The translations under genes were made by a program, and so were the position numbers. From positions 1 to 64,000 of the forward strand of contig JBFMHR010000003.1 of the NCBI GenBank assembly GCA_040751795.1: a stretch of DNA of 64,000 nt. The letters are read 5' to 3'. Position 1 is the first letter of the stretch; each line of letters begins with the position of its first letter. This document shows, in pieces, positions 21,601 to 33,049 of this stretch. Origin of the DNA: Thermoplasmatota archaeon (GTDB lineage Archaea; Thermoplasmatota; Thermoplasmata; UBA10834). The notes beneath the pieces were generated by a model. That model had not been told where the DNA came from and made no database searches. It saw nothing but the letters and a program-made list of their open reading frames with translations.

Positions 21601-22216
21601 TGGCCCTGAGCAGGAAGAAGAAGGTGGTGACTATGAGGAACAGGATGAGGGCGTCGTGGTCGGCGTTGGACAGGACGGTCCTCTGGATGTGCGCCGGCAT
21701 CAGCGCGAAGAGGAACGCGGCGGTCATGCCCACCCTCCGGCCGAACACCTCCCTGCCAAGGAAGTAGACCGGGACCACGGTCAGGGCGCCCCAGAAGGCC
21801 GTCGACCATACGAGGAAGAAGCCCGCGGAGTCGCTGACCGAGTCGAAGAGCCCCTGCGCCAGCACCGCCGGTATCGCGACGGACATGCTGTACATCGGCG
21901 GCCTCGGGTTGACGAGGTTGTCGGGGTAGTTGAGCAGGGGGTCCTTGAAGAGGTTGAGGCCGGTGTCGATGTGGTAGTCGATGATCCTGCGCCAATAGTA
22001 GGAGTCGGACCCGCCCGAGACGATGTAGTCGTTCTCTGCAGACGTCTCGTAGGCGAAGTACGACCGCACGAAAAGCGCGAGCAGGACCGCGAAGGTCAGC
22101 ATCAGCAATGCCGGCCCGTTGGTTCTCATCCACTTTCCCAACTCGCTCGGCCCCCCGCCCCCCCTCGAAAGCTTGGGCATAAAGGACCTAGCAGGACTAT
22201 CCCTTGCTTCGGCCAA
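15650..22216 (-). CDS. aglB: Giant oligosaccharyltransferase AglB/STT3 fused to repeated carboxypeptidase-regulatory-like beta-sandwich domains
   Basis: N-terminal multi-TM region with DSYY, DHD, TIAE and WWDYG; long acidic beta-repeat region (TDxxGxY, PGxYxV); C-terminal TM plus RRRK. Start uncertain (22216 TTG or 22180 ATG). Confidence 0.9.
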   Translation of the reverse strand: MAEARDSPARSFMPKLSRGGGGPSELGKWMRTNGPALLMLTFAVLLALFVRSYFAYETSAENDYIVSGGSDSYYWRRIIDYHIDTGLNLFKDPLLNYPDNLVNPRPPMYSMSVAIPAVLAQGLFDSVSDSAGFFLVWSTAFWGALTVVPVYFLGREVFGRRVGMTAAFLFALMPAHIQRTVLSNADHDALILFLIVTTFFFLLRAIRVQEHRRWVESWRSRASVVSGLKAYFAGSRTAVLYALMAGAAYAALMMTWVGFAYVTVIILVYYIVELFFNMFRGQDSTSVTMVILVAMGFGYLLAFPYYANYIDSFFNDRFLVPVLLTAGALFFGIMFVVSRDVPWTLSLPAIVGVTAGIVGVISLFYPWLGEAIMTGQGYFSQSKLYTTIAEARAPQFSELALSFGMVTFFLSLAGLMYALMRVPKRTGAAYVFMVVWLAASIFMAISASRFMINASPAFAISAAWVFVIIVDGLDFNSVRKAMAGASGSLFGTIRKSVKVRHVVGVLFLGFMILLPNVWYSVDAGIPSETKRAYDKEIYFSMPSFMRPGGYDEYNGSNWYLGAFGYSLPLPTYYYPAAWDWFSEQDSDIYPMSSRPAYVAWWDYGFEAVADGDHPTVADNFQNGYQFTGNAIMAQSEDDAVALFAFRLIQGAYRIGGAAEEGVVQAMDAYGVDPDRMQEIIEGPGQPVIDEVLSDPDVYGPMSPDLTEANARIVAGRVEIEKAGADSVVGLYDRVCEVTGWEIRYFNVDSRLFPTSAYQTGIFYAPAKLSDRRIDGSTPVDFFTIKAVDSNGIAYDLDEVTADMVIYSYEIEYTDMFYDSMFYRAMCGFSGTDIGAANDGLPGVSGSVQKNAPMPGWNMTHFRAVYRTAYYNPWPSGQVALHSADWRAVSYEEALELYEQITAGEIEGVVDYSASSLYNSGTVFLKYYHGAYVNGTVTTEEGYPAEGLWVTVQDEYGIPHQQVRTDALGRYSLLAPFGEVTVIISDGSAVNPGLTGSNIVARMEFNVTDDQAMRVRQDLDGDGVLDYIITKDHVMKASRVYGDVFWDVDGEGNYTADTDILMEDVEVYAVDTATGATFEFDAPEGSYDGNVSPGQYDIYAIVMGANLTVAEAENISAGEKANLDLAVEPARLGGYLLNPDGSPAAGVELVLDDLASDAEFSAVTAGDGAYSFGMLLGSRYVMTTTEDGKTVFDERFSFETVPASTRNVTLWDACTVSVRVTVDGAPAPYAAYALTDDFDPLSSLSGLTDGYGWVRLEVPAGRYTLQAVHATGSGPYSGAMVVDLRESASVTGALPVHEAFKVTGGLKAPSGSVLKSEDIAFVCATGARVVAKSDNLGGFDVLLPQGVYGVVVNSHTGSGVYGGELSVDGDRTGLVITLSQGVRISGTLYKDADGDAEPSPVEKAPFGGISVTDADGYVHTAKSYEDGSFSVVFPKGEEVTVSLADPGFSSWSQELLYASDIEDTAFVALSDAVEVTGLLTSDGAGITGVTISFVPDPTTGLATVEAASGASGRYSAMLIPGPYTVVVDQELTNTPGAWWQHESTFTLEPSGSAFELDIGAVLRVQVQGSVLGAAQDISIEFSGPEELSVDPIALSYSVFLMPGEYSVYATGRIGTTPYASMGTMEASAADPDHDIHLERAYDVSGIISIGDTVATKVVTVTATSSEGIQAVNQSTRYGDYSLALPPGEYALLFLLEDIEHAGDTSMYVERWSEQLIVVGTDDVALDPSLSTRLDNTTVSGTVVDEDGDPITASIEVFPNSRYGMYASFQTDSSGVFSAQVQPGDYTVYVSRSVDRRVSISYLPVPRNEGATAAVQLSVGEYLEGRLTVAGAPATEEVIAVTNNTRLSFVPSGDGYFQFLLPSGDYTVSSSAVRTEGGMSVTYGRTADIALGGDSVYIDLALTRDTERSVEARWDENRTATLAPGQSVSYVVELVNTGNIADTYTFTYTNTGFDLAFSPEEVAIDFGTNGDTAYMVAEVTVGSAAEAGNNTITVTVRSGSQSSARATVDLKVVVSPVYSVSVEAANASSPTGSNVTTSKFLLNNTGNIGDEYLLSVSNSDALNASGWSARVVDPATGEEVKNITLAAFGSKELAVEFTATSLTADPKAVAVVHARSSLGSGADALGAVQVLLPDIVIGPGGLDVTRGDVTYEYDIGRIYLDVGLAASLAALVVAFFVLRRRKGFGRGGPK

Positions 22217-22279
22217 CGATAACTCCACCTAGTGCGATAGTAGGCTGGGGATGCCTGGGGTGCTATATATACGTTAGGG

Positions 22280-22300
22280 GCCACTTCCTACGGAAGTGGC
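22280..22300. terminator. Perfect hairpin between pyrF 3' end and aglB promoter
   Basis: GCCACTTCC-TAC-GGAAGTGGC inverted repeat; function inferred. Confidence 0.35.
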
Positions 22301-22363
22301 GCGCCGAAACGGCCCATCTGGCACGTCACCCTTTGGCACAGCGGCGGACCCCTCCGGGGGGCG

Positions 22364-23020
22364 TCAGTGCCCGGCGCAGGCCGAGGCGGTCTCCTCCGCC
22401 AACCTCCGGGCGGCCGCGGCGGGGTCCGGGGCCTCGTAGATCGCCCTGCCGACTATGACGAAGTCCGCCCCCGCCCTCAGCGCGTCGGAGGCGCTCCCGC
22501 CCTGGGCCCCGACGCCCGGCGTTATGATCTCCATGTCGCCGACGATCCTCCTCAGGGCGGCTATCCTCTCGGGCCTCGTCGCAGGCGCGACTATGCCCCT
22601 CGCGCCGGAGGCCTTCGCAAGCGCCGCGAGCCTGTCCGCGACGGGCGCCGTGAACTGCTTCCCGCCCGGGTGGCTCATCTCCGTGAGCACGAACACCTGC
22701 CCCTTCGCGGCGTCGACGCACGCCTTGACCGAGTCGTCGCCCGCGAACCCGTGGCATATGACCGCCGACGCGCCCCTGGCCATCGCCTGCTCGACTATGA
22801 GCCGGTTGGTGTTCGGGATGTCGGAGATCTTGAAGTCGCAGATGACCTGCCTGACCTCCGAGAGCTCGGTGATCATCCCGGGGCCCGCCCCCAGGACCAG
22901 CGGCCAGTTGATCTTTATGGCGTCGACGTGGTCCCTCACCTCCCCCACGATGCGCATCGCGTCCTCCCTGGCGGTGACGTCCAGCGCGAGTATGACCCGC
23001 GTGTTCTTCTCGATCCTCAT
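22364..23020 (-). CDS. pyrF: Orotidine-5'-phosphate decarboxylase
   Basis: ILALD, DFKISDIPNT, TPGVGAQGG, VGRAIY. Confidence 0.96.
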   Translation of the reverse strand: MRIEKNTRVILALDVTAREDAMRIVGEVRDHVDAIKINWPLVLGAGPGMITELSEVRQVICDFKISDIPNTNRLIVEQAMARGASAVICHGFAGDDSVKACVDAAKGQVFVLTEMSHPGGKQFTAPVADRLAALAKASGARGIVAPATRPERIAALRRIVGDMEIITPGVGAQGGSASDALRAGADFVIVGRAIYEAPDPAAAARRLAEETASACAGH

Positions 23021-23107
23021 GGCCGGTTAATCCGCCGGGGGCCGGTTAATCCTTTTGGGAGGGGCGGGGCGAATCTGTTCAATAGCCGCGACCGCATACG
23101 AGGTGCC

Positions 23108-24187
23108 GTGTCCGAGGTCAGGCGGATGAAGATGGGGTCGGCGTACACGGGGCGGCTGCCCGAGGGCTGCGTCCTCTGCGAGAAGGGGGCCAAGATGGTC
23201 CTCCTCGTGACCGGCAGGTGCGCGAGGAGGTGCTGCTACTGCCCGCTGTCGGCGCAGAAGAAGGGCAGGGACGTCTTCTTCGCCAACGAGAGGAGGGTGC
23301 GGACAGTCGGGGAGGCGCTCGACGAGGCGGCCCTCATGGACGCCCTCGGGACCGGCATCACCGGCGGTGACCCGCTCATCGCGGTCCAGAGGACCGCGGA
23401 CTCCATCAGGGCCCTGAAGGAGCGGTTCGGCCCCGAGCACCACATACACCTCTACACCTCCACCACCGACACGGGGAGGATAGGGAGGGTCGCGCGCGCG
23501 GGCCTGGACGAGATACGGTTCCACCCGCCCGCCGGACTGTGGACGAGGCTCGAGGGGAGCGACTTCGCGAAGGCGCTGCGCTTCTCCAAGCGGAAGGGGA
23601 TGGCCACGGGCCTCGAGGTGCCCGCGCTGCCCGGCCGCGGGAAGGAGCTCGCCGCGCTCGTCCGCTCCGCCGACGCGCTCGCCCTCGACTTCGTGAACCT
23701 CAACGAGCTGGAGTTCTCCGAGACGAACTGGAAGGCGCTGAGGGCGGCGGGGTCCGAAGTGAAGGACGACGTCTCGTCCGCGGTGCTCGGGAGCGAGGGG
23801 GTGGCGATGGGGCTGCTGAGGTCGGGCGCCGGCGTCCCGCTCCACTACTGCTCCTCCTCGTTCAAGGACGGGGTGCAGCTCAGGAGGAGGATCGCCCGGC
23901 GCGCGCGGAACGTGCGGCGGCCGCACGAGCTGCTGACCCGCGACGGCACCCTGCTCAAGGGCGTCGTGGAGACCGACGACCCCGAGGGCGTCGCGGGCAT
24001 GCTGATCATGGACCACGACGTCCCGCCGAGGCTAATGTGCATAGACGAGGAGAAGGGGCGGCTCGAGGTGGCCGCGTGGGTCCTGGAGGAGCTGGCGCCG
24101 CAGCTGGGGCTCGATTCATACATGGTCGAGGAGTACCCGACGGCGGACAGGCTCGAGGTCGAGCGCAGGCCGCTCAGGCGACGCTGA
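23108..24187 (+). CDS. Radical SAM protein (COG2108-like)
   Basis: GCVLCEKGAKMVLLVTGRCARRCCYCPLS (CxxxCxxC), GITGGDP, DEIRFHP, NLNELE, EEYPT; GTG start after GAGGTG. Confidence 0.85.
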   Translation: MSEVRRMKMGSAYTGRLPEGCVLCEKGAKMVLLVTGRCARRCCYCPLSAQKKGRDVFFANERRVRTVGEALDEAALMDALGTGITGGDPLIAVQRTADSIRALKERFGPEHHIHLYTSTTDTGRIGRVARAGLDEIRFHPPAGLWTRLEGSDFAKALRFSKRKGMATGLEVPALPGRGKELAALVRSADALALDFVNLNELEFSETNWKALRAAGSEVKDDVSSAVLGSEGVAMGLLRSGAGVPLHYCSSSFKDGVQLRRRIARRARNVRRPHELLTRDGTLLKGVVETDDPEGVAGMLIMDHDVPPRLMCIDEEKGRLEVAAWVLEELAPQLGLDSYMVEEYPTADRLEVERRPLRRR

Positions 24188-24599
24188 TGCTCTGGATGTT
24201 GTGGTGCCTGGAGACTATCTCCCTGGCGATCCTCAGGTTCCGGCCGTTCTTGCCTATGGCCTTCCCCTTCACCTTCGGGTCCACGGTCACCGTCGCGTGT
24301 ATGATGGTCCCGCGGTCCTCGAGCGCGACCGACTGCACGCTGTAGGTGTGGAAGACGTTCTTCACGAAGGTCTCCGGGTCCTCGGAGTACTCTATGACGT
24401 GTATGTTCTTCCCCGTGAGGTTCTTGAGGCGTATGACGTTCTCCCCCTTCTTCCCCACGGCCCTGGAGCCCTGGTTCTTCTCCACCACGAACACGAGCTT
24501 CTCCTCGGTCTCGAGGCAGTCCTTCACCTGGGTCCCCGTGACCTTCTCGAACAGGGAGATGTACCGGAGGGTGTCCCCCGTAAAGGTGATGTCGCCCAT
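24174..24599 (-). CDS. nusA: Archaeal NusA (two KH domains)
   Basis: AVGKKGENV and AIGKNGRN GxxG loops; last gene of the rpo operon. Confidence 0.95.
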   Translation of the reverse strand: MGDITFTGDTLRYISLFEKVTGTQVKDCLETEEKLVFVVEKNQGSRAVGKKGENVIRLKNLTGKNIHVIEYSEDPETFVKNVFHTYSVQSVALEDRGTIIHATVTVDPKVKGKAIGKNGRNLRIAREIVSRHHNIQSISVA

Positions 24600-24612
24600 C
24601 TGGACCAGTCCT

Positions 24613-24885
24613 TCACGCCGAGAGGATGTTCGAATCCCCTGGGCTCACTATGGCGAGCGCGGATATCGGGAAGGGCTTCCCGCAGGCGGCGCCCAGCTCG
24701 ACGTTCGTCCCGGAGAAGGCGAGGAGCTTCACGCCCTTGGCGTCGAAGCCCTCCCTGTCCGGGCAGTTGCTGGCGAGGACGACCATCCTCGCCTCGCCCT
24801 TCCTCACGCTCTTCCTCGCCTCTGCGAGGCCGAACCTGACGTCACCCGACGAGGCCGCCGTCTTCAGGGCTCTAGCGATGTCCAT
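24613..24885 (-). CDS. rpl30e: 50S ribosomal protein L30e
   Basis: VVLASNCP, ELGAACGKPF, PGDSNIL. Confidence 0.95.
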   Translation of the reverse strand: MDIARALKTAASSGDVRFGLAEARKSVRKGEARMVVLASNCPDREGFDAKGVKLLAFSGTNVELGAACGKPFPISALAIVSPGDSNILSA

Positions 24886-24887
24886 GC

Positions 24888-26330
<1,443 letters not shown>

Positions 26331-29120
26331 TCATCCCTCCTCCCCGCCGCCGACGTCGAAGTCCGGCTCCTCCTCCGCCTCCGGCTCCTCGGGCGTCTCG
26401 AGCAGGTCCCTGTCCTGGATGCCGTAGCTCACGACGCCCTTCTCCTGGACCTTGGCGATGAGCTCGCCCTTGTCGCCCAGAACGCTGAGTATGATGTCGT
26501 CCACGTCCACGGCCTCGCCCTGGACGCTCCTCGTCGGGTCGATGCCGTCCTCGCCGTACTCGAGCTGGATGATCGTGCCGGCCGTGTTCCTGACGGAGCC
26601 GTCCTGCATGACCTTCAGGTCCTCGAGGGCGTTGATGAGCCTCCTCTGCATGTAGCCGGACCTGGAGGTCCTGACCGCGGTGTCGACGAGCCCCTCCCTG
26701 CCGCCCATCGAGTGGAAGAAGTACTCGGTCGGCGTCAGCCCGCTCTTGTAGGAGTTCTTGATGAAGCCCCTCGCCTCGGAGCCGAGGTCGCCCTTCTTGA
26801 AGTGCGGGAGGGTGCGGTTCCAGTACCCCCTGGACAGGCGCTCGCCACGGACGGCCTGCTGCCCTATGGCGCCGGCCATCTGCGACAGGTTGAGCATCGA
26901 GCCCCTCGCGCCGCACCTGGCCATTATGACGGCCGAGTTCTCCATGCCGAGGTGCCTGCCCGCGATCTGGCCCGCGGTGTCCCTCGCCTTGCCCAGCACC
27001 TTCATGATCTCGACCTCGAGCGTCTCCTCGAGGGACCGGCCGGGCATCTGCTCGAGCTCGCCGCGCCTGTAGGCGCCGACGTGCTCCTCGACCTTCAGCC
27101 TCGCCTGGGTCATCGCGTCGTCTATCTCGCGCTTGGCCTGGTCGGGGATGTCCTCGTCGTCTATGCCGGTCGTGAAGCCGCGGACCATTATGGCGCCTAT
27201 GGCCATCTTGGTCGACCTGTCGATGAAGAGCCTCGCGGTGTCGGGGCCGTAGTCCCTGGACAGCTTGTCCAGGATGCGCCCCTTGAACGCGCCTATGGCC
27301 TTCTCGTCGATGGTTCCCGCGACCAGCTCGCCGTTGCGTATGACCACGAACGAGTCGTGCTCGCACGCCTCCTTCTTGCACTCGTCGCACCTCTGGCAGA
27401 TGGACGACTTGAAGGTCATGTGCAGGTCCTTGGGCAGGATGAGGCTGAAGAGCTGCTTGCCGCCCCAGTAGTCGACCCCGCCCTCCTTGCCCGCGGGCTT
27501 GGGCATCTCGAGCATCGGGGTCTTCTCCATGATCCTCAGGGTCTCCTCCCTCGTGAACCTCGAGTCCTCGTGCGTGAGGAGGAACGCGCCCGTGATGTGG
27601 TCGTGGATGCCCCCTATGACGGGGCCGCCGAACCTCGGGCTCAGGATGTGCTCCTGGACCCTCATCAGGACCTTGGCCTCGGCCCTCGCCTCCTCGCTCT
27701 GGAGCACGTGGAGGTTCATCTCGTCGCCGTCGAAGTCGGCGTTGTACGGCGGGCACACGCACAGGTTGAACCTGAAGGTCTTGTGGGGCATGACCCTCAC
27801 CTCGTGCGCCATGATGGACATCCTGTGCAGGGACGGCTGCCTGTTGAACAGGACTATGTCGCCGTCCATCAGGTGCCTCTCGACGATGTACCCGGCCTCG
27901 ATCCCCTCGGCGACGGTCGCCGCGTTCTTGTCCGTGATCTTGATCCTGCGGCCGTCCGAGCGGATGACGTAGTTCACACCCGGCTTGTACGCGGGGCCAG
28001 GCGGGGCCGGTCCGCGCGCGGCCATCTCCTTCGCCGCGGCCAGGTTCTTGTCCGTGACCCTTATGGGCACCGTGAGCTCCCTCGCGGCCGCCTCCGGCAC
28101 CCCGACCTCGTTGACCGAGAGCATCGGGTCCGGGGATATGACCGTCCTGGCGGAGAAGTTGACCCTCTTGCCGGACAGGTTCGACCTGAACCTGCCCTCC
28201 TTGCCCTTGAGCCTCTGGACGAGGGTCTTCAGGGGCCTGCCCGACCTGTGCCTCGCGGGCGGGATGCCCGAGGTCTGGTTGTCGAAGTAGGTCGTGACGT
28301 GGTACTGCAGGAGCTCCCAGAGGTCCTCGACGATGAGCTGGGGCGCGCCCGCGTCCCTGTTCTCCCTCAGCCGCTGGTTGATCCTCAGGACGTCGACGAG
28401 CTTGTGCGTGACGTCGTCCTCGGACCTGTCGCCGGACTCGAGGGTGATGGACGGCCTCACCGTCACCGGCGGGACCGGCAGCGCGGTCAGGACCATCCAC
28501 TCCGGCCTCGAGACCGTCGGGTCCATGCCGAGCGCTATCAGGTCGGCGTCGGGTATGCGCTCAAGCCTCTCCCTGACCTCCTTGGGGGTGAGCTTGTGCC
28601 CCTCCTCCCTGAAGGTCGTGGGCTTGTCGAGCGTTATCTTCAGCTGGACGGTGCTGCAGTGCGGGCAGGTGGTCCTCGAGGCCGCGTCCTTCGCCGCCTC
28701 CTTGGTGACCGTGGCGGTGTCCAGGGTGTCGCCGCCGAGCTCCTCCATCCTGTCCCTCTGCTTGATGTACTCGGCAGCCTGCTCGCCCGTGAGCAGCAGC
28801 CTGCCGCAGGAGCGGCAGGTGGACTGCAGGAGCTTCTTGATCTCCTTGACGTAGCCCACGTGGATGACCGGCATCGCCAGGTCGATGTGCCCGAAGTGGC
28901 CGGGGCACTCGTCGACCTTCTTCCCGCAGGTCTTGCACCTGAGGCCGGGCTCTATGACCCCGAGGTGGGGGTCCATCAGGCCCATGTCTATCGGGAAGCC
29001 GTCGTCGTCGTAGGTGTCGGCGGTGATGATCTTCGTCGCGCTCATCTTCCGTATCTCGTCCGGGGACAGCTGCGCGAACTTTATCGCAGATATCCTCTTG
29101 GTCACGCCTGAGATCATCAT
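26331..29120 (-). CDS. rpoA1: RNA polymerase subunit A'
   Basis: NADFDGD catalytic motif, [15 protein letters not shown]. Confidence 0.98.
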   Translation of the reverse strand: MMISGVTKRISAIKFAQLSPDEIRKMSATKIITADTYDDDGFPIDMGLMDPHLGVIEPGLRCKTCGKKVDECPGHFGHIDLAMPVIHVGYVKEIKKLLQSTCRSCGRLLLTGEQAAEYIKQRDRMEELGGDTLDTATVTKEAAKDAASRTTCPHCSTVQLKITLDKPTTFREEGHKLTPKEVRERLERIPDADLIALGMDPTVSRPEWMVLTALPVPPVTVRPSITLESGDRSEDDVTHKLVDVLRINQRLRENRDAGAPQLIVEDLWELLQYHVTTYFDNQTSGIPPARHRSGRPLKTLVQRLKGKEGRFRSNLSGKRVNFSARTVISPDPMLSVNEVGVPEAAARELTVPIRVTDKNLAAAKEMAARGPAPPGPAYKPGVNYVIRSDGRRIKITDKNAATVAEGIEAGYIVERHLMDGDIVLFNRQPSLHRMSIMAHEVRVMPHKTFRFNLCVCPPYNADFDGDEMNLHVLQSEEARAEAKVLMRVQEHILSPRFGGPVIGGIHDHITGAFLLTHEDSRFTREETLRIMEKTPMLEMPKPAGKEGGVDYWGGKQLFSLILPKDLHMTFKSSICQRCDECKKEACEHDSFVVIRNGELVAGTIDEKAIGAFKGRILDKLSRDYGPDTARLFIDRSTKMAIGAIMVRGFTTGIDDEDIPDQAKREIDDAMTQARLKVEEHVGAYRRGELEQMPGRSLEETLEVEIMKVLGKARDTAGQIAGRHLGMENSAVIMARCGARGSMLNLSQMAGAIGQQAVRGERLSRGYWNRTLPHFKKGDLGSEARGFIKNSYKSGLTPTEYFFHSMGGREGLVDTAVRTSRSGYMQRRLINALEDLKVMQDGSVRNTAGTIIQLEYGEDGIDPTRSVQGEAVDVDDIILSVLGDKGELIAKVQEKGVVSYGIQDRDLLETPEEPEAEEEPDFDVGGGEEG

Positions 29121-32100
29121 TTCAAGTCCTCCAGCTGAAGGCGCATGACCACGCCTAACGAGAGCAGCTCGTCGAGGAGCAGCTTGAAGGCGTACGAGGT
29201 CTGCACCTGGTAGATCTTCGAGTTGTTCCCGCAGACGGGGCACCTCAGGGTGCCGCGCCTGTCGAGTATGGCGATGTGGCCGCAGCTCGGGTTGCCGCAG
29301 ACGTACTGGAGCGTCCCGTCGGACTCGTCCAGCAGCCTGTCCTTGATGACCATGGCCGCGCCGTGGCCTATCAGGCAGTCCCTCTCCATCTCACCGAACC
29401 TCAGGCCGCCCTGCCTCGAGCGCCCCTCGGTCGGCTGCCTGGTGAGTATCTGGACCGGGCCCCTGCTCCTGACGTGGAGCTTGCCCGAGACCATGTGGTG
29501 CAGCTTCTGGTAGTAGATGACGCCGACGAAGACCTCGGCCTCGACCTTGCGGCCGGTGATCCCGTCGTACATGATCTCCTTGCCGTTCTGCTTGAAGCCG
29601 TTCTTGACGAGGGCGTCCCTGAGGGCCTCCTCCCTCTCGCCGCTGAAGGGGGTGCCGTCTATGAACCTGCCCTCCATCGAGCCGACCTTGCCGCCGATCA
29701 TCTCCAGCACGTGCGCCACGGTCATACGCGACGGGATGGCGTGCGGGTTGATGATCAGGTCGGGGATGAGCCCGTCCTCCGTGAACGGCATGTCCTCCTG
29801 CGGGACCAGCAGCCCGACGACGCCCTTCTGGCCGTGCCTGGACGCGAACTTGTCCCCGAGCTCCGGGGTCCTCTCGTCCCTGACCTTGACCTTGACGAGC
29901 CTCGAGCCGTTCTCCGACTCAGTCAGCATGACGGAGTCGACCCAGCCCTTCTCGCCAGGCCTGACGGTGACGGACGTCTCCCTCCTCTTCTGGGGGGTCA
30001 GGAAGTCCGCCTCCTCCTCGAGGAACCTCGGGGGCGATGTCTTCCCTATCAGGACGTCGCCGCCCTCGACCCTCGTCTCGGGGCTGATGAGGCCGTCCTC
30101 GCCCAGGTTGCTGTAGGAGAGGTCGGCCCTGGCGCCCCTGACGTCCGGGCTCGGGATCTCGAAGTGGTCCTCCTGGCCTCCGGGGTACCTGCGCTCCTCG
30201 GCCCTGTACGTCCTCATGAAGGACGAGCGGCCCAGGCCGCGCTCCACGGAGGCCCTGTTCATGACTATGGCGTCCTCCATGTTGTAGCCCTGGTACGACA
30301 TGATCGCGACCACGAAGTTCTGCCCGGCCGGCCTCTGCGCGAACGCGACGAAGTCCATCGGCTTCGTGGTCGTCAGGGGCTTCTGCGGGTAGTGCATCAC
30401 GTGGCTCCTGGTGTCGGGCCTCGTCCTGTAGTTGGACGAGCTCAGGCCGAGCGACTGCTTGGCCATGCCGGACCCCATGGTGACCCTGGGGCTCGAGTTG
30501 TGCTCCGGGTACGGGACCAGCGCCGAGCAGACGCCGAGGATGACCATCGGGTCTATCTCGACATGGGTGTGCTCGTCCCTGAGCAGGGACTCGACCTGGA
30601 CGGTGCCGCCGCAGCCCTTGCACTCGAGGACGACCTTGCCCTCCTCGCCGGGGTTGCGCCAGTCGACGTCCGTCTCGGACAGGAGCTTGCCGCAGTGGTC
30701 GCACTTCTGGGGGGCGTGGTAGGCCGACACGGCGGTGTACGAGTCCTCCTCCTCCTCGGCGTCGATCCACTCGACGACGCCCTCGCGGATCAGGTCCGAC
30801 CACTTGGCCTTGTGCGACCTCATGTCGTCTATGTGCCTGTGGTTCATGAGGGTCTTGCCGTGGCGGACGACGAGCAGAGGCCTCCTCAGCCTGCCCTCGT
30901 CGCAGTTGATTATGATCTCGTTCATGTTGTCGTCGAAGCGGATGTTGACCTCGGACGAGAGCAGGCCCGAGCGCCTCCTCTGCCTGATCTCCTCGACGAG
31001 CTCCTTGGGCTTGTCGTGGAGGCCGATGAGGTCCCCGTTGACGTAGACCCTGGTCTCGGTGGTCTGCTGCTCGCTGACGTCCTTGACGCCGAGGTCGCGC
31101 AGCAGCCAGATGACCTCCTTGTCGTCCGTGCCCTCGCTCACGTCGACTATGAGCGCGCAGTTCTTGACCAGGCCGCAGTTCTGTCCCTCAGGGGTCTCGT
31201 TCGGGCACAGCCTCCCCCACTGGGTGGGGTGCAGGTCACGCGCCTCGAAGTGCGGCTGGCTCCTCGTGAGCGGGGACGTGACGCGCCTCAGGTGCGAGAG
31301 CGCGCTCATGTTGGACGTGCGGTCCAGGAGCTGCGACACACCGGCCCTGCCGCCGACCCAGTTGCCCGTCGCGAACGCGTGGAGCAGCCTGTGGGTGAGC
31401 AGGTCCGGCCTTATGGCCGACGATATCCTCAGGCCCTTCTTCCGGGTGTAGCCCCTCTCGAGCTGGTACTTCAGGTCCTTGATCAGGTTGGTGAACGCGA
31501 CCCTGAAGAGGTCCTCCATCAGGTCGCCCGCGAGCTTGAGCCTCTTGTTCGCGTAGTGGTCCTTGTCGTCCTCCTTCCGCTTGCCGAGCTCCAGCTCCAG
31601 TATCGTGCGCGCGACGCGGCCGAGGAATATGGACTTCTTCATCCTCGCGTCCGCGGTGTCGCCCAGGTGCGGCAGGAGCGAGCGGTCGATGATGCTCTCG
31701 ACCTTCTTGGCCCTGTACTCCTTGGCCTGGCCCGTGGCGAACTTGCGCTCCAGGAACAGTATCGCGTCCTCGGTCGTGTATATGCCGTTCGGGGGGTACA
31801 GCTTCTTGTTCTGGCACTCCTCGATGTTGGCATAGACTATGTTGGCCATCTGCGGGTCGGAGACTATGGACTTGTAGATCTCCTCGTCGCTCTCCATCCC
31901 GAGGGCCTTCATGAGCACTATGAGCGGTATCTGGCCCGAGGCCGCGGGGACCGAGACGACGAGTATGCCGTCCTTCTTCTTCTCCATCAGGGTGAGGGCC
32001 CTGTACCCCTCCTTCTGCGAGAAGACCTTGGCGACGTGCAGGCTGGTGCCGTACCTCTCGTTGGTCTCGACCATCACCCTGTTCGGGGCTAGGTCCTCCA

Positions 32101-32707
32101 GGGATATGAGCGCCCTCTCGGTGCCGCCGATGATGAAGTAGCCGCCCGGGTCGCAGAGGTCCTCGCCCATGTCGACCAGGAACTTGTCGGCCTCCTCGGG
32201 CGTCGGCTCCCGGTCTATCTCGATGTTGTCCTTGTGCAGGTTGCACTTCTTGGACTTGACCATCACGGGCAGGTCGCCGATGTGGACCTTCTCGGGCTCC
32301 CTCTCGATGCCGTCCTCCAGTATGGTGAACTCGAGCATGATGGGGGCGGAGTAGTTGAGGTTCCTCAGCCTGGCCTCCATGGGGTAGAGGTCGTGGGTGG
32401 CGCCGTTGGCCTCCTTGATGACCGGCCTCCCGACGTTTATCGTCGGCCTGGCCGACGGGTCGATGAGACCTGTCTTCTCGTCCCTCTTCCGGCCGATCCT
32501 GATCTCGATGATCTTCCCCTCGGTCCTGTCGGGGTCGAGCCGGATTATGCCCCTGTCGCTCTCGTCAGGGGACGCGCGGACGTTGTCCACGATCTTCTGC
32601 ATCCTGCTGTTCGGGTGGTCTATGGTCGGCAGGAAGTCGTTGTACGACGCTATGTGGTGGTTGACGATGCTCCGCTCTCGGAAATAGGTTTCCACAAGTT
32701 CCCTCAA
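29117..32707 (-). CDS. rpoB: RNA polymerase subunit B (unsplit)
   Basis: [28 protein letters not shown]; TTG start after GGGGTGA. Confidence 0.98.
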   Translation of the reverse strand: MRELVETYFRERSIVNHHIASYNDFLPTIDHPNSRMQKIVDNVRASPDESDRGIIRLDPDRTEGKIIEIRIGRKRDEKTGLIDPSARPTINVGRPVIKEANGATHDLYPMEARLRNLNYSAPIMLEFTILEDGIEREPEKVHIGDLPVMVKSKKCNLHKDNIEIDREPTPEEADKFLVDMGEDLCDPGGYFIIGGTERALISLEDLAPNRVMVETNERYGTSLHVAKVFSQKEGYRALTLMEKKKDGILVVSVPAASGQIPLIVLMKALGMESDEEIYKSIVSDPQMANIVYANIEECQNKKLYPPNGIYTTEDAILFLERKFATGQAKEYRAKKVESIIDRSLLPHLGDTADARMKKSIFLGRVARTILELELGKRKEDDKDHYANKRLKLAGDLMEDLFRVAFTNLIKDLKYQLERGYTRKKGLRISSAIRPDLLTHRLLHAFATGNWVGGRAGVSQLLDRTSNMSALSHLRRVTSPLTRSQPHFEARDLHPTQWGRLCPNETPEGQNCGLVKNCALIVDVSEGTDDKEVIWLLRDLGVKDVSEQQTTETRVYVNGDLIGLHDKPKELVEEIRQRRRSGLLSSEVNIRFDDNMNEIIINCDEGRLRRPLLVVRHGKTLMNHRHIDDMRSHKAKWSDLIREGVVEWIDAEEEEDSYTAVSAYHAPQKCDHCGKLLSETDVDWRNPGEEGKVVLECKGCGGTVQVESLLRDEHTHVEIDPMVILGVCSALVPYPEHNSSPRVTMGSGMAKQSLGLSSSNYRTRPDTRSHVMHYPQKPLTTTKPMDFVAFAQRPAGQNFVVAIMSYQGYNMEDAIVMNRASVERGLGRSSFMRTYRAEERRYPGGQEDHFEIPSPDVRGARADLSYSNLGEDGLISPETRVEGGDVLIGKTSPPRFLEEEADFLTPQKRRETSVTVRPGEKGWVDSVMLTESENGSRLVKVKVRDERTPELGDKFASRHGQKGVVGLLVPQEDMPFTEDGLIPDLIINPHAIPSRMTVAHVLEMIGGKVGSMEGRFIDGTPFSGEREEALRDALVKNGFKQNGKEIMYDGITGRKVEAEVFVGVIYYQKLHHMVSGKLHVRSRGPVQILTRQPTEGRSRQGGLRFGEMERDCLIGHGAAMVIKDRLLDESDGTLQYVCGNPSCGHIAILDRRGTLRCPVCGNNSKIYQVQTSYAFKLLLDELLSLGVVMRLQLEDLK

Positions 32708-32711
32708 GGGT

Positions 32712-32969
32712 TCACCCCCGCACTACCAGCCGGTAGCTGGTCGATACGCCGCTGGTCCGGCTGCGCCTCACGATCTTGACTACCATTCCCTCTTCGACTG
32801 GGCCCGATATCGCGTCCAGCGCGCGAATGCACGGGTCCGAGATCCTGATCTTCGGAAGCTGGTCCTTCGTCAGCTTCAGGTCGTTCAGGACCTTCTCGGC
32901 CTCCTTCTCCGACAGGAGATGATGCTCGGGCACGAGCTCATGCTCCAGAACGTTAAATTCTCCGGCCAT
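32712..32969 (-). CDS. rpoH: RNA polymerase subunit H
   Basis: [22 protein letters not shown]. Confidence 0.96.
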   Translation of the reverse strand: MAGEFNVLEHELVPEHHLLSEKEAEKVLNDLKLTKDQLPKIRISDPCIRALDAISGPVEEGMVVKIVRRSRTSGVSTSYRLVVRG

Positions 32970-33049
32970 CTAGATCACCGCACGAGCGCTAGGATGTCCA
33001 ACTGGTCGACTCTCCCCCGTTTCTCCCACTGACCGATCCCGACGCCCGG

